Source of the DNA: a virus
Lineage: Duplodnaviria; Caudoviricetes
Virus record (IMG/VR): IMGVR_UViG_3300020419_001035
Location: 1-37,500 of that record
Direction: 5' to 3' (one strand)
DNA: 37,500 nucleotides
A program made the position numbers and the translations under genes. Every line of letters begins with the position of its first letter. The first letter of the stretch is position 1. The notes beneath the pieces are model-generated. The model did no database searches. It worked only from the letters and a program-made list of their open reading frames with translations, and was not told the DNA's origin. This document shows positions 1-10,967 of this stretch, one piece after another.

Positions 1-3000
1 GAATTGATGGAGTTGAATATGATAACTCTAAGATACTTGTTAATGTCAGTGGAGATCAGTTAGTTTATAGTGTAGGTATTATAGACAGAGATGCTGCTGG
101 AGTTGAATACTCACAACCACCTCTAGTCGAGATTGTTGATGCTGGTGCTTCATCACAAGCAGTTGTTGTTCCAGTTCTAGTAAGGAATGCTGTTACAACA
201 TATACACCACAGAATGTTAAGTCATTCTACTCTCAATTTGGATCTGGTAATTCAAATACATTTACAGCAGACATTGAAATTAACAAAGAGAAGTATTCTG
301 AAGTTGTTTCAGTAACTGATTTTACTTTCAGTGGAACTAAAGGAAGAAAGTATATTGAGTGTACAGGATTTGGTGGAAATGCAACAACATTTGTTATACA
401 TGGAGATTTAATTCAGTTTACAGATGACACTGGAAATCTTGTAAGAGGTGTTGTACAACAATCAACAGAACCTGCTGGTGTATACAAATCTAGAATTTAC
501 TTAGATAGATCACTACCTAATACTGTTACTAATGCTAGTGTTGTTAGAGTAAGACCATCTATTGAGAACTTTAATCAAGGAACTCTATTATATAAAACTG
601 GTTCTAATCAAATAAGTTCTATTGTTGCTACTTCTGATGATTCCAAGATTACCTACTATCTCAGAAGAGATTTTATATCTACTGGTTCTGGTGGTGCTGG
701 TTCTATTACTTTTGCTGCTCAACTCCCATTTGGAACTCAAAGATTTGTATCATTTAGTGAAAGCAACTTCCTAATCACAGTACTTGATGCAGGAGATGCT
801 CCTGATGTTGCTGCTGGTGATGTAGTTTATATCACTTCAGATCAGGTTGAGATAAAGGCATCTACTGATGCTGCTAGTGGTTTAACTTCTGGTAGTGTTA
901 AGTTGAATCTACCTTCAGGTTATTTTGGATCTACATCATATACAACATATCCTACATTAAAATTAACTGCTACTTTAGAAGTTACTAAAGCAAAACCAAG
1001 ACTTAAGACAGCAAACTTAAACAAGAGAATTGTTGTTGAGTCTGCTGGTGACAAAATTGTACCTTTCAGAGGTAGAGATTATGATACAGAGTCTTTAGAT
1101 GTATTCAGTTATGCAGATGCATTTAACTTGAGATATGTTTATGAAGGATCTAGTTCAACACCTCCTGTAGTTGACAAGTCAGGTAACTTGGTTACTGGTA
1201 CTGATGTTACTAATAGGTTTACATTTGACGATGGTCAAAGAGACACAATATATGATATCTCTAGACTTGTCATTAAACCTGGTTTTGAAGCACCTGTAGG
1301 ACAGTTAGTAGTTGCTTTCGATTACTTTGATCATACTTCTGGTGATTTTATTACTGTTGATTCATACTTACATGAAGCTGGTGTAGGACCAGAGGAAATT
1401 CCTTCATTCAACTCACCTGTATTAGGTAAGGTATCTCTTAAAGATGTTTTAGATTTTAGACCTAAAGTTGATAACGATGCTATTATTGGTGGATTCCAGA
1501 ATACATCATTACTATCTTCACCTAATAGTAGATCATTCACTGGAACTGGTGGTATTGTTTCTAGTACACCTGCTCCTGATTCTAATCTTGAATATACATT
1601 CTCATTTACACAGACACAATACCTTGATAGGATTGATGGATTGTTCTTGAATAAGAAAGGTCAGTTTATTGTTAAGGAAGGTAATTCTTCACTCAACCCA
1701 TCCAAACCAGATGTTATTAGTGATGCTATTGCATTGTACTATATGTACATACCTGCTTTCACACAGTCAGGTAAGGATGTAAGAATTACTCCAGTCGATA
1801 ACCGTCGTTACACAATGCGTGACATTGGTAAGTTGGAAAAACGTATTGAGAGACTGGAATATTACACTACGTTAAGCATTCTTGAGCAACAAGCTCTTAA
1901 TATGCAGATTACAGATGCTGCTGGTGTCAATCGCTTTAAGAGTGGTTTCATTGTGGACAACTTTGAGACTCATAAGATTGGATCTCTTAAATCACTTGAT
2001 TATAAGTGTGCTATTGATACACAACAGTCTGTACTACGTCCTCAAGCAAAAGAAGATTCTATTGATCTAGTTGAAGTTAATAATAGAGATGATCAAAGAT
2101 CTGTTTCTGGTTATCAAAAGACTGGTGATATAGTTACTCTTCCATACACAGAATTAGAACTACTAGGAAATAACTTTGCTACTAAGACAGTTAATCCTAA
2201 TCCATTTGTTGTACTTCAGTATGTTGGTGATTCATTCATTGGTCCTAGTGTAGATTCTTGGTATGACAATAGTGTAGAACCTTTAGTAACAGATAATAAT
2301 ACTAATCTATACTCTATATTCCTTGCTAAGGAAAATTTAAAGGAAGCATTCTCAAGTCTTTATAATTCATATAAAGTTAATTGGTTAGGTGCTAACCAAG
2401 CATTCTATAACATTGGATCATTTGCAGAAGTTAATTCTAATATTGCAGATTCTAATGTTGCTACTGCTGCTGTAGGAACATCTTCTAATATTAGTCCACA
2501 GAACAATGAAGTTGGTAAGGGACTAGTAACTAAGGGTGTAGGATCTAACGTTGTTGTTACATCACTATCATACTTTGCTAGAAGTATCCCTGTTAAATTT
2601 AAAATTAATAGATTAAAACCTAATACAAAAGTCTATGTCTTTATGGAAGGCAGAGATATTGCTAGATGGGTAAATCCTGACCTTAAGTATACTGGTATTG
2701 CTGCTAACTCACTGTCAGCATTTAATGGTTCTGTCACTACAGATAATAATGGTAATGCAAGTGGTGTTATCCTTGTTCCTGCTGGTGTTCCACCTAGAGA
2801 AAATGCTGTATGGACTGGAAATGTTGACACTGTATCATATGATACAGATGCTGATGAATTAAGATTTAGTACAGGTGTTAAGACAATCAGATTTACATCT
2901 AGTTCTACTGATGCTGATACAAAGGATGTAGAAACATTTGCTGAAGTTAAGTTCTATGCTACAGGTATAGTTCCAGAGAATCCTTCTTCAATTATATCTA

Positions 3001-5837
3001 CGAGACCTGCATTCTTTAAAGCGAATGAAGGTACACAGATTATTGATAGTAATACTGAAAACCCAGTAAGACCTAACCCATTTGCTCAGACATTTAAAGT
3101 TGATGGATTTGATGGTGGTGTATTTGCTACAAGTTTAGATCTATTCTTTAATAAGAAGAGTGAAAATATTCCATTAAGAGTTTATATAACTGATGTTGTT
3201 AGTGGAAAACCAGGTAAGAATATTATTCCTGGTACTCAGAAAGTATTAACACCAGAAACATTCTTAAAAGTAGTCGCAAGTGATACACTTAATATTACAA
3301 AAGGTGAAAGTATAACTGGATCTAAATCCAATGCTTCTGGTCCTATCAGTAAAGTTATTGATAAAAATAATATTGAGATTGTTGCTAGTACAACAGGTAA
3401 TTATACATTAACAAACGATCAAGTATATACAGTTGTATTAGACAATAACAACGGTAAGAGTTTTGTTCAAGATGAACTATTAACTGTTACATCTATTACA
3501 CAAGCTAATAATGCTAACAATACACAATTCACACTCACCATTGCTAAAGATTCTGGTCGTGTAACTAGTTTGAATGTTTCTAATACAGGTAGTGGTTACG
3601 AATCTGCAATCATTACAATAGAAAGTCCTCAACTTCCTGGTGGTGGTAATGCTACTGCTACAGTTAGGGTTTCTCAAGGTCTTGTATATGATGCAGAGAT
3701 ATCTCTTTCTGGTTCAGGATATACAGAACCACCATCAATTGTTCTTAGAGGAACAGGATCTGGTAATGCTGGTGCTGTAATAGAATCTGAAATTACTATT
3801 GATACTCCAGCAGTAAGAATGGGTATTGCTATTGATGTTGAAGGAGAGACACAATCAATCACTCCTACTAAGTTTAACTTCGACTTCCCTGTATATCTTG
3901 AAAATGATACTGAGTATGCTCTTGCTATAGAGACAGATTCTATTGACTATGAGATGTGGGCATCTACATTAGGTGGAGTTGAAATTGCTACTAGTCAAAT
4001 TGTAACAACGCAACCTGCTTTAGGATCTCTGTTTAAGTCTCAAAATATAAACTCTTGGACAGAGGATCTATTTGAAGATATTAAGTTTGTCTTGAATCGT
4101 GCAGACTTTGATATTAGTAGAACTGCAAGTCTTGTACTATCCAATGATAATCTAGGGTTTGAACCATTAGATCACGATCCTATTGAAACTAATGCAGAAG
4201 CAAATACTACTGCTACATCAACGTTGTTTAAGAATAATAACTATATTGTTAAGGTCAATCATAGAGATAATGGTTTCGACCTTAATAAGTCATGGGTTTA
4301 CTTCAAGAATGCAGTTGATGTTGGTGGTGTAACTGCTTCCTCTTTAAATAGCAATCTTTATAAGGTTTCTAATACTGGTGTTGATTACTACAACATCACT
4401 GGAACTACTAGAGCGTCTGGTAATTCCTTCGGTGGTGGTACAAGTGTACTAGCAACATATAATAGAAAGTTTGAAAAATTATATGCTTCTATATCCAATC
4501 TAACCTTTAGTCAGACTAAGATTAATAGTTTTGTTAAAACAACCAATGTTTCACCAATAGATGATAATATTGGAACCTTTACATCATATTCTCAGACTGA
4601 TTATGAAAAGACATTCTTAAATGAAGATTTCTATTTCATCAATCAAAAGATTGTTGCTTCTAAGATTAATGAAACTGCTAATGGTATCAATAATTCATTA
4701 CTATACAAATTAGACTTATCATCTACTGTGTCTCATTTGAGTCCAGTTATTGATCTTGCTAGAGCATCTGTTAAAACTATTAGTAACCGTGTTGAATCTT
4801 CTTCAGGTTCAGAGGAACGTTATGGTAGAAGGAATCAAATTGTATCCTTCTTACCTGTATACTCATTCACTGCATCTGGTCTTCAAGGTGCTGAAGTAAT
4901 TAATAATAATCAAACTCTTGTTGGTGTTACTTCAAAAGCAGAAGGTACTATTGTTAAAGTTGATGGAAGCACAGTATATGTAAAAGTAACTACGGTTAAT
5001 ACTTTTGTTGCTGGTGAAACACTAACATTTAGTGGTCAGTCATTTACTGGAACTATTACTGTTGGAACAACTGGTCTTGTTAAATTTGCATTTGATATTC
5101 CAAATACTACAACACCACCAACATATGTGACTGCAAGAAATCCTTCTGTTGTTGCCCAAACATATGACAATAAGATATCTGGTAGGATACTCTTATGGAA
5201 TAATAAATCTGGTGAATTAACTACTGTTAATGATAAGCAACCAATTAATGATGATTACAATGGAAGACTTATTGATAATAGTAGTTTTGATAGAAATGCT
5301 AATGTAGATGATCAGTTGAATGATATCTTTAGAGTTGGGGATTTGATTTCATATCCAAATCAACCAGTAGATGAAGCAAGTTTCATTGAAATTGCAGCAG
5401 TATCATATTCAGATGGTATTGATTTTATTTCTGAGACACAATCTAAGAATAGTTCTGGAATTGCTAAGTATGTAACTAAAGAAATTTCTATTGAAAATCC
5501 TGCTACATCTATTGATGTAAAACTTACTGCTAATGTAACTGATACTAAGAATTTACAGATCCTTTATAAACTTAAGAAGTCTTCTTCACAGGAAAACTTT
5601 GAGGATATTGAATGGATTTATTTCAACACATCAGGTGAACCTGATGTAGATACTATTGCTTCTTCTGAAAATGCTATCAGTGGTATAACAGAGAAACAGT
5701 CTTCATATCAGGAACTATCTTACAGCATAGAGAATCTACCAGAATTTTCATCCTATGCAGTTAAGATTGTCATGAAGTCTAATAATCCTGCATTCGTTCC
5801 TAAGATTCAGGATATGAGGGCAGTAGCATCATACTAA
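1..5837 (+). CDS. Large virion structural protein, VrlC/DUF4815-like (baseplate/tail associated); 5'-truncated
   Basis: The frame of ORF 903..5837 is open from position 3 (IDGVEYDNSKILVNVSG...), so the real start lies upstream of the window. It contains the motifs NRRYTMRDIGKLEKRIERLEYYTTLSILE, RFKSGFIVDNF and a C-terminal PKIQDMRAVA, typical of this family in T4-like cyanophages. Confidence 0.8.
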   Translation, partial: IDGVEYDNSKILVNVSGDQLVYSVGIIDRDAAGVEYSQPPLVEIVDAGASSQAVVVPVLVRNAVTTYTPQNVKSFYSQFGSGNSNTFTADIEINKEKYSEVVSVTDFTFSGTKGRKYIECTGFGGNATTFVIHGDLIQFTDDTGNLVRGVVQQSTEPAGVYKSRIYLDRSLPNTVTNASVVRVRPSIENFNQGTLLYKTGSNQISSIVATSDDSKITYYLRRDFISTGSGGAGSITFAAQLPFGTQRFVSFSESNFLITVLDAGDAPDVAAGDVVYITSDQVEIKASTDAASGLTSGSVKLNLPSGYFGSTSYTTYPTLKLTATLEVTKAKPRLKTANLNKRIVVESAGDKIVPFRGRDYDTESLDVFSYADAFNLRYVYEGSSSTPPVVDKSGNLVTGTDVTNRFTFDDGQRDTIYDISRLVIKPGFEAPVGQLVVAFDYFDHTSGDFITVDSYLHEAGVGPEEIPSFNSPVLGKVSLKDVLDFRPKVDNDAIIGGFQNTSLLSSPNSRSFTGTGGIVSSTPAPDSNLEYTFSFTQTQYLDRIDGLFLNKKGQFIVKEGNSSLNPSKPDVISDAIALYYMYIPAFTQSGKDVRITPVDNRRYTMRDIGKLEKRIERLEYYTTLSILEQQALNMQITDAAGVNRFKSGFIVDNFETHKIGSLKSLDYKCAIDTQQSVLRPQAKEDSIDLVEVNNRDDQRSVSGYQKTGDIVTLPYTELELLGNNFATKTVNPNPFVVLQYVGDSFIGPSVDSWYDNSVEPLVTDNNTNLYSIFLAKENLKEAFSSLYNSYKVNWLGANQAFYNIGSFAEVNSNIADSNVATAAVGTSSNISPQNNEVGKGLVTKGVGSNVVVTSLSYFARSIPVKFKINRLKPNTKVYVFMEGRDIARWVNPDLKYTGIAANSLSAFNGSVTTDNNGNASGVILVPAGVPPRENAVWTGNVDTVSYDTDADELRFSTGVKTIRFTSSSTDADTKDVETFAEVKFYATGIVPENPSSIISTRPAFFKANEGTQIIDSNTENPVRPNPFAQTFKVDGFDGGVFATSLDLFFNKKSENIPLRVYITDVVSGKPGKNIIPGTQKVLTPETFLKVVASDTLNITKGESITGSKSNASGPISKVIDKNNIEIVASTTGNYTLTNDQVYTVVLDNNNGKSFVQDELLTVTSITQANNANNTQFTLTIAKDSGRVTSLNVSNTGSGYESAIITIESPQLPGGGNATATVRVSQGLVYDAEISLSGSGYTEPPSIVLRGTGSGNAGAVIESEITIDTPAVRMGIAIDVEGETQSITPTKFNFDFPVYLENDTEYALAIETDSIDYEMWASTLGGVEIATSQIVTTQPALGSLFKSQNINSWTEDLFEDIKFVLNRADFDISRTASLVLSNDNLGFEPLDHDPIETNAEANTTATSTLFKNNNYIVKVNHRDNGFDLNKSWVYFKNAVDVGGVTASSLNSNLYKVSNTGVDYYNITGTTRASGNSFGGGTSVLATYNRKFEKLYASISNLTFSQTKINSFVKTTNVSPIDDNIGTFTSYSQTDYEKTFLNEDFYFINQKIVASKINETANGINNSLLYKLDLSSTVSHLSPVIDLARASVKTISNRVESSSGSEERYGRRNQIVSFLPVYSFTASGLQGAEVINNNQTLVGVTSKAEGTIVKVDGSTVYVKVTTVNTFVAGETLTFSGQSFTGTITVGTTGLVKFAFDIPNTTTPPTYVTARNPSVVAQTYDNKISGRILLWNNKSGELTTVNDKQPINDDYNGRLIDNSSFDRNANVDDQLNDIFRVGDLISYPNQPVDEASFIEIAAVSYSDGIDFISETQSKNSSGIAKYVTKEISIENPATSIDVKLTANVTDTKNLQILYKLKKSSSQENFEDIEWIYFNTSGEPDVDTIASSENAISGITEKQSSYQELSYSIENLPEFSSYAVKIVMKSNNPAFVPKIQDMRAVASY

Positions 5838-6058
5838 TGAACAATTTGAAGGTTAAAGACCAAGACCATTTATATCGTGACGTAAATACAGGTGCGATAA
5901 TAAATACCGATAGGTCTTCATTTGCCAAATATAAAGCGTCCAGAAACAAGCAACGGAGTATGGAGTATGAATTAGATTATGTTAAAAGTGAACTTAGTGA
6001 ACTTAAGACCCTACTAAAACAATTGATAGAAAGTAATGGCACAAGTCGTAGTAAATAA
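5837..6058 (+). CDS. Small conserved phage protein with C-terminal coiled coil
   Basis: ATG overlaps the upstream stop (TAATG). Motif LYRDVNTGAIINTD is followed by a heptad-like tail (ELSELKTLLKQL). Confidence 0.75.
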   Translation: MNNLKVKDQDHLYRDVNTGAIINTDRSSFAKYKASRNKQRSMEYELDYVKSELSELKTLLKQLIESNGTSRSK

Positions 6059-9000
6059 GTCTGATACCTTCGAGGTACAAAGACAGAAGATTAATGAAAT
6101 AGGTTTAGACCTTCATACTTTTAATAGCAGTCAGATTATTCTGAATGCGTCTTATATTACTTTGACTGATTTAAGTGTCACTGTCAATTCAGCTAGTGGT
6201 GCAGGTAATTTAGTATACGATAACTCTACTGGGGTGGTATCATATACACCACCAGATTTAAGTAATTTTATCACCTCAATTGGTGATGCTATTCAGGATG
6301 CAGACTTCCCTAGTGCTGGTCTGATGAAGACTGATGGTTCTGGTAACTATAGTGTAGTAACAGATAACTCTGCAAACTGGATTGCTCTAACAGATATACA
6401 GGTAACTAACAATACTGCTGGTAGTTCAAGTTTAAGTTTTGATAATAGCACTGGTGTATTTTCATTTACACCACAGGATGTCAGTACTTTCATAACATTA
6501 TCAGATATTTCTGTCACCTCATTATCTGCGAGTGGTAATGGTTCATTAACGTATGATGATAGTACAGGTGTACTATCGTTTACTCCTTTAGATATTAATT
6601 CATTTAACAGTATCACTGTTGGTGGTAATGGATCTACTGGTGGTGTAACTATTTCTGATGGTAGTGTTGCTATAAGAACTGGTACTGGAAATGTAGCAGC
6701 AATTGATTTATATTGTGAGGTTAGTAATTTACATAAGGTAAGTTTAAAAGCACCAGCACATTCAGCGTTTAGTGGCAATCATGAGTTTGTTCTTCCCCCA
6801 GACGAAGGGACGAATGGCCAGGTCTTGCAGACCGATGGAAATGGTGTTACCACATGGGTAGATCAAACTGGTGGATCTACACCTACATTAGCAGCAGTAA
6901 CTGCTGCTGGTAATACAACAACTCAAACAATTGAAACTGATGGTGGTAGTTTTAAATGTCAGATTGGTTCTTTAAATCAAGGATTTTATCTTTATAATAA
7001 TGCTTCTACTTGGCTTGCACTAAATTGGAGTTCTTCTGCAAGTCAATATTCATTTAGAGGAGATTCTGGTGGTAATTACCCATTAGTTATATCAGACTTT
7101 TCTGGTGTCTCTATTGTCCCTACTATAGGAGCTTCCAGTCTTGGTTACGCAGGGTCTAATAAATTAATTACAACTAATACTGGTGTGTCGGTAACGGGAG
7201 CGTTGACTGCTGGTAGTTTTGTCAAGACAAGTGGAACATCATCTGAATTTTTAAAAGCAGATGGTTCTGTTGATAGTAGTACATATCTAACTGGAATAAA
7301 CATTGAGGATATTAGCAATGTTAATATCAATTCTATACAGACTAATCAAATTTTAAAATGGGATGGTACAGAGTGGGTTAATGCTCTTGACAGTGGTGGT
7401 TCTGGTGGTGGTATTGCATTAGGAGATCTTACTGTAGGTACTGAAGGAACACCTTCTGGTAATGGTGGATTAGGATATAATAATTTAACTGGTCAGTTTA
7501 CATTTACTCCAGCAGCAGATGATACTCTTGTATTCAACCATGCTAATACAACTACAACTCAAATACTCCATACAAATAATGGCACTGGTAATGTACAGAC
7601 ATTAAATCTTGTAGCTGGTACTGGAATCACCTTCGGACAAGGTGGTGGTACTGGATCACTTGTCATTACTGGTACTAGTGGAATTGGATTAACAGATCTT
7701 TCTGTAGGTTCTGAGGGAGTTGCTTCTGGAGATGGAGCAATTGCTTACAATAATGCTACAGGTGTATTCACATACACTCCACCAGATCTCAGTAGTTATA
7801 TAACTGGATATACAGAAACAGATACATTAGATAGTGTAGTTGGAAGAGGAGCTACTACAAATAAAAACTTTACCCTAACTGGAGCTTCATCATTGCCTGG
7901 TAGGTTGGATGTACAGAATAATGGAACTTATGCTATTAGTTTGAATGCTACTTCTGGTGTTGGAATTAATACTAATGATGGTGTTGGACTTTATATTGGT
8001 AACCTCGCTACTAACGTATGGAGAGCATCTATTAGTGGATCTACTGGTGATATAACTGGTAACAAATTTGTCAAGACAAGTGGAACATCATCTCAATTCT
8101 TAAAAGCAGATGGTTCTGTTGATAGTAGTACATATCTAACTTCAATAAGTCTTGCTAGTTCAAATATTAATGATCTTGCTGATGTTAATGCTGGAACTCC
8201 TACTGATGGACATGTATTGAAGTGGGATGCTGGTACATCTAAATGGATTGCTGCTGCTGACCAAACTGCAACAGGTGGTGCTGGTATATCATTAACAGAT
8301 CTTTCTGTAACAACTAATGCAGCAGGTACGTCAGCATTAGGATATAACAATGCAACTGGTGTATTCTCATACACTCCTCCTGATCTTTCTGCTGTAAGCA
8401 CAGACCTAACAGCATTCTCTGTTGGTTCTAATGCTACTGCTTCAGGTGGTGGTGGACTTGGATATGTGAACACGACTGGTGTATTCACATATACTCCTCC
8501 AGATCTTAGTAGTTACTTAACTGCTGTTGCAGTAAATGATCTTACTGATGTAAGTGTTAATAGTCCTGTACTTGGACACGTATTAAAATATAATGGTGCA
8601 TCTTGGGAAAATGCTGCTCCAGCACCTACATTATCAAATATCGCTGATGCAGGATATGGTGTAGATATTACTGGTAAGGCTGCTCTAACAGATGGAATAG
8701 ATATTGATTCTGGTGGATCTATTAATGCTTCATTGTGTTCATTAGATTTTACAAGTTGTACTATTAATTTCGGTAGCTCAACTATTGGTGGATTACAATC
8801 TACTATTAATGCTGGTGTTGATGTCCATCTGAATAAAAGCACTGCTACATCTGGTCAGGTTCTAAGTTGGGATGGAAGTGATTATGATTGGGTTGCTGCT
8901 GCACAAGGTATAGTATTATCAGATATTTCTGTAACAACTAACGCAGCAGGTACAGCAGCATTATCTTATGATAATGTAACAGGTGTATTCTCATATACTC

Positions 9001-10391
9001 CTCCTAACATTAGTAGTTTCATAACATTAGGAAGTCTATCAGTAGGATCACCTCAGACTGCATCTGGTGATGGTGCTATTTCTTATAACAGTGTTAACGG
9101 TGTATTCTCATACACTCCACCAGATCTAAGTGCTCATCTAACAACATCATCTGTTATTGCAAATTTAGCAGACGTTGTTATAAGTGGATCACCTCAATCT
9201 GGTCAAGTACTTAAGTGGGATAACGCTACAAGTAAGTGGACTAACCAAGCAGATGCTTCTGGTGGTTCCACACTTACAACAGAACAAGTTCAGGACATTG
9301 TTGGAGCAATGTTTACTGGTACTGAAACAAGAATTGATGCATCATATAATGATCTAGATGGAACTATTGATTTAACTGTCGATGATATGACAGCTAATAC
9401 TCAATTAACAACAGAGCAAGTTCAGGATATTGTCGGTGCTATGTTCACTGGTAATACTGAAACAAGAATTGCTGCAACATATCAAGATGCTGATGGAACC
9501 ATTGATTTAGTTGCTGATGATCAATCTGGCAGTGGTGGTGGTGCTAGTATCATTGCTGATTTAACAGACGTTGTTATTAGTGGTTCTCCAGCAGACGATC
9601 AAGTTCTTGCTTGGGACAATAGTTCTAGTAAGTGGACTAATCAAACACCAGGTGGAGGAATCCCTGCTGGAGGTATTATAATGTGGTCTGGTACTGTTGC
9701 TAACATTCCTTCTGGATGGTATCTATGTAATGGATCATATGGAACTCCTGATCTAAGAGATAGGTTCGTTGTTGGTGCTGGTAGTAGTTACAATCCTGGT
9801 AATACTGGTGGTTCTGAGACTGTAAGCATATCAACTTCGAATATGCCTTCACATAATCACTCAGTAAGTAGTCATAGTCATACTATTCCTTCTCACGCTC
9901 ACACAGTAAGTAGTCATAGTCATACTATTGGTGCTCACACTCACTCATTCAGTGGATCGGGAACTGGAACCAGTGGAGTACAAAGTGATAACCATTATCA
10001 TAGTGGAAACACATCTGATGCTGGTACACACCAACACACTACAAACATTGATGGTGGTCATGTTATTCCAGGTAACGGTGGTAGTTCTTATGGATATGGT
10101 GGTGCTGGTACTTATTCATCTACCATCTTTAATATGAATAATGGTGGAAATCACGCACACTACTTCGATACTTTAGGAGTTAGTGAAGATCATACTCATG
10201 ACACAACGGTTAGCATAAGTGGAACCACTGGTGCTGGTAGTGGAAGCACAGGTAATGCATCACCAGGAACTAGTAGTAACGGTAGTGGAAATACTGGAAA
10301 TACAACTCCTACTTCTGGAAATAGTGGAAGTGGATCTGCACTCAACGTTATGCCTAAGTACTATGCTCTATGCTACATCATGAAGACTTAA
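6036..10391 (+). CDS. Tail fibre protein with modular repeats, tail-collar domain and His-rich needle tip
   Basis: 1451 aa, G/S/T-rich. About 9 copies of LTDLSV..G.G.L.YxNxTGVF(S/T)YTPPDLS and several DLxDV..GQVLKWD..W units. Collar motif IPAGGIIMWSG..IPSGWYLCNG..TPDLRDRFVVGAG, HxH repeats and C-terminal PKYYALCYIMKT. Confidence 0.9.
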   Translation: MAQVVVNKSDTFEVQRQKINEIGLDLHTFNSSQIILNASYITLTDLSVTVNSASGAGNLVYDNSTGVVSYTPPDLSNFITSIGDAIQDADFPSAGLMKTDGSGNYSVVTDNSANWIALTDIQVTNNTAGSSSLSFDNSTGVFSFTPQDVSTFITLSDISVTSLSASGNGSLTYDDSTGVLSFTPLDINSFNSITVGGNGSTGGVTISDGSVAIRTGTGNVAAIDLYCEVSNLHKVSLKAPAHSAFSGNHEFVLPPDEGTNGQVLQTDGNGVTTWVDQTGGSTPTLAAVTAAGNTTTQTIETDGGSFKCQIGSLNQGFYLYNNASTWLALNWSSSASQYSFRGDSGGNYPLVISDFSGVSIVPTIGASSLGYAGSNKLITTNTGVSVTGALTAGSFVKTSGTSSEFLKADGSVDSSTYLTGINIEDISNVNINSIQTNQILKWDGTEWVNALDSGGSGGGIALGDLTVGTEGTPSGNGGLGYNNLTGQFTFTPAADDTLVFNHANTTTTQILHTNNGTGNVQTLNLVAGTGITFGQGGGTGSLVITGTSGIGLTDLSVGSEGVASGDGAIAYNNATGVFTYTPPDLSSYITGYTETDTLDSVVGRGATTNKNFTLTGASSLPGRLDVQNNGTYAISLNATSGVGINTNDGVGLYIGNLATNVWRASISGSTGDITGNKFVKTSGTSSQFLKADGSVDSSTYLTSISLASSNINDLADVNAGTPTDGHVLKWDAGTSKWIAAADQTATGGAGISLTDLSVTTNAAGTSALGYNNATGVFSYTPPDLSAVSTDLTAFSVGSNATASGGGGLGYVNTTGVFTYTPPDLSSYLTAVAVNDLTDVSVNSPVLGHVLKYNGASWENAAPAPTLSNIADAGYGVDITGKAALTDGIDIDSGGSINASLCSLDFTSCTINFGSSTIGGLQSTINAGVDVHLNKSTATSGQVLSWDGSDYDWVAAAQGIVLSDISVTTNAAGTAALSYDNVTGVFSYTPPNISSFITLGSLSVGSPQTASGDGAISYNSVNGVFSYTPPDLSAHLTTSSVIANLADVVISGSPQSGQVLKWDNATSKWTNQADASGGSTLTTEQVQDIVGAMFTGTETRIDASYNDLDGTIDLTVDDMTANTQLTTEQVQDIVGAMFTGNTETRIAATYQDADGTIDLVADDQSGSGGGASIIADLTDVVISGSPADDQVLAWDNSSSKWTNQTPGGGIPAGGIIMWSGTVANIPSGWYLCNGSYGTPDLRDRFVVGAGSSYNPGNTGGSETVSISTSNMPSHNHSVSSHSHTIPSHAHTVSSHSHTIGAHTHSFSGSGTGTSGVQSDNHYHSGNTSDAGTHQHTTNIDGGHVIPGNGGSSYGYGGAGTYSSTIFNMNNGGNHAHYFDTLGVSEDHTHDTTVSISGTTGAGSGSTGNASPGTSSNGSGNTGNTTPTSGNSGSGSALNVMPKYYALCYIMKT
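7218..8141 (+). repeat. 75-nt near-exact direct repeat (7218-7292 and 8067-8141)
   Basis: tttgtcaagacaagtggaacatcatct...gatagtagtacatatctaact with 2 mismatches; encodes FVKTSGTSSxFLKADGSVDSSTYLT. Confidence 0.9.
9862..9929 (+). repeat. 26-nt exact direct repeat (9862-9887, 9904-9929) in the HxH array
   Basis: cagtaagtagtcatagtcatactatt occurs twice, 42 nt apart. Confidence 0.85.
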
Positions 10392-10417
10392 ATAAATAGA
10401 ACATATACATTTTTGTT

Positions 10418-10612
10418 ATGGAAGCAAGTAAAATACGTACAGAACTCACAAGACAATTGGGTGAGACAGAGACTAAGATCACTACAACTGAAAAGAGTCT
10501 TACAGAATTAAAAGAGTATAGAATTAAAGTTATTGGTGGATTGGAAACACTAGATCTTTTAGAATCTCCTGATCCTGATGTACCTGCTCCACCTAAGAAA
10601 CCAACTAAATAA
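10418..10612 (+). CDS. Small coiled-coil protein, possibly a fibre assembly helper
   Basis: 64 aa, helical heptad pattern and Pro-rich tail; fills the gap between structural genes on the coding strand. Confidence 0.65.
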   Translation: MEASKIRTELTRQLGETETKITTTEKSLTELKEYRIKVIGGLETLDLLESPDPDVPAPPKKPTK

Positions 10613-10631
10613 AAGTAACTTCTAGAATCTA

Positions 10632-10967
10632 ATGGCAGCGATACCTGTAAATATAGTCGTTGACCGTCATGCAAACTTTGACGTAACTTTCTTTATTACT
10701 AATAAAGATGGTACATCATTGAACATGACAGGATATACTGGTGAGGCTAATTTTAAAACTAGTCACGCATCATCAACGGCAGTTGCTGTACCTTTGGTAT
10801 TTGTCAATCGAACTGCTGGTGAGATTGGTATATCAATGACTAGTACAGAAACAGGTGCTTTAGACCGTAGAAGATATGTCTATGACATTCTCTTGACTGC
10901 TCCAACTGGATACAAGACAAGAGTTATCGAAGGATTGGTGGAAGTTAATCCTGGAGTATCGTCATAA
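10632..10967 (+). CDS. Small virion structural/adaptor protein (BppU-N/Ig-like)
   Basis: 111 aa; pattern LNMTGYTG...GEIGISMTSTETGAL..RRYVYDILL...KTRVIEGLVEVNPGVS is common in T4-like cyanophage tail regions. Confidence 0.75.
   Translation: MAAIPVNIVVDRHANFDVTFFITNKDGTSLNMTGYTGEANFKTSHASSTAVAVPLVFVNRTAGEIGISMTSTETGALDRRRYVYDILLTAPTGYKTRVIEGLVEVNPGVSS

Noticed and set aside
903-905. TTG start given by the ORF track
   Set aside because: The frame is open and protein-like from position 3; the gene starts upstream of the window.
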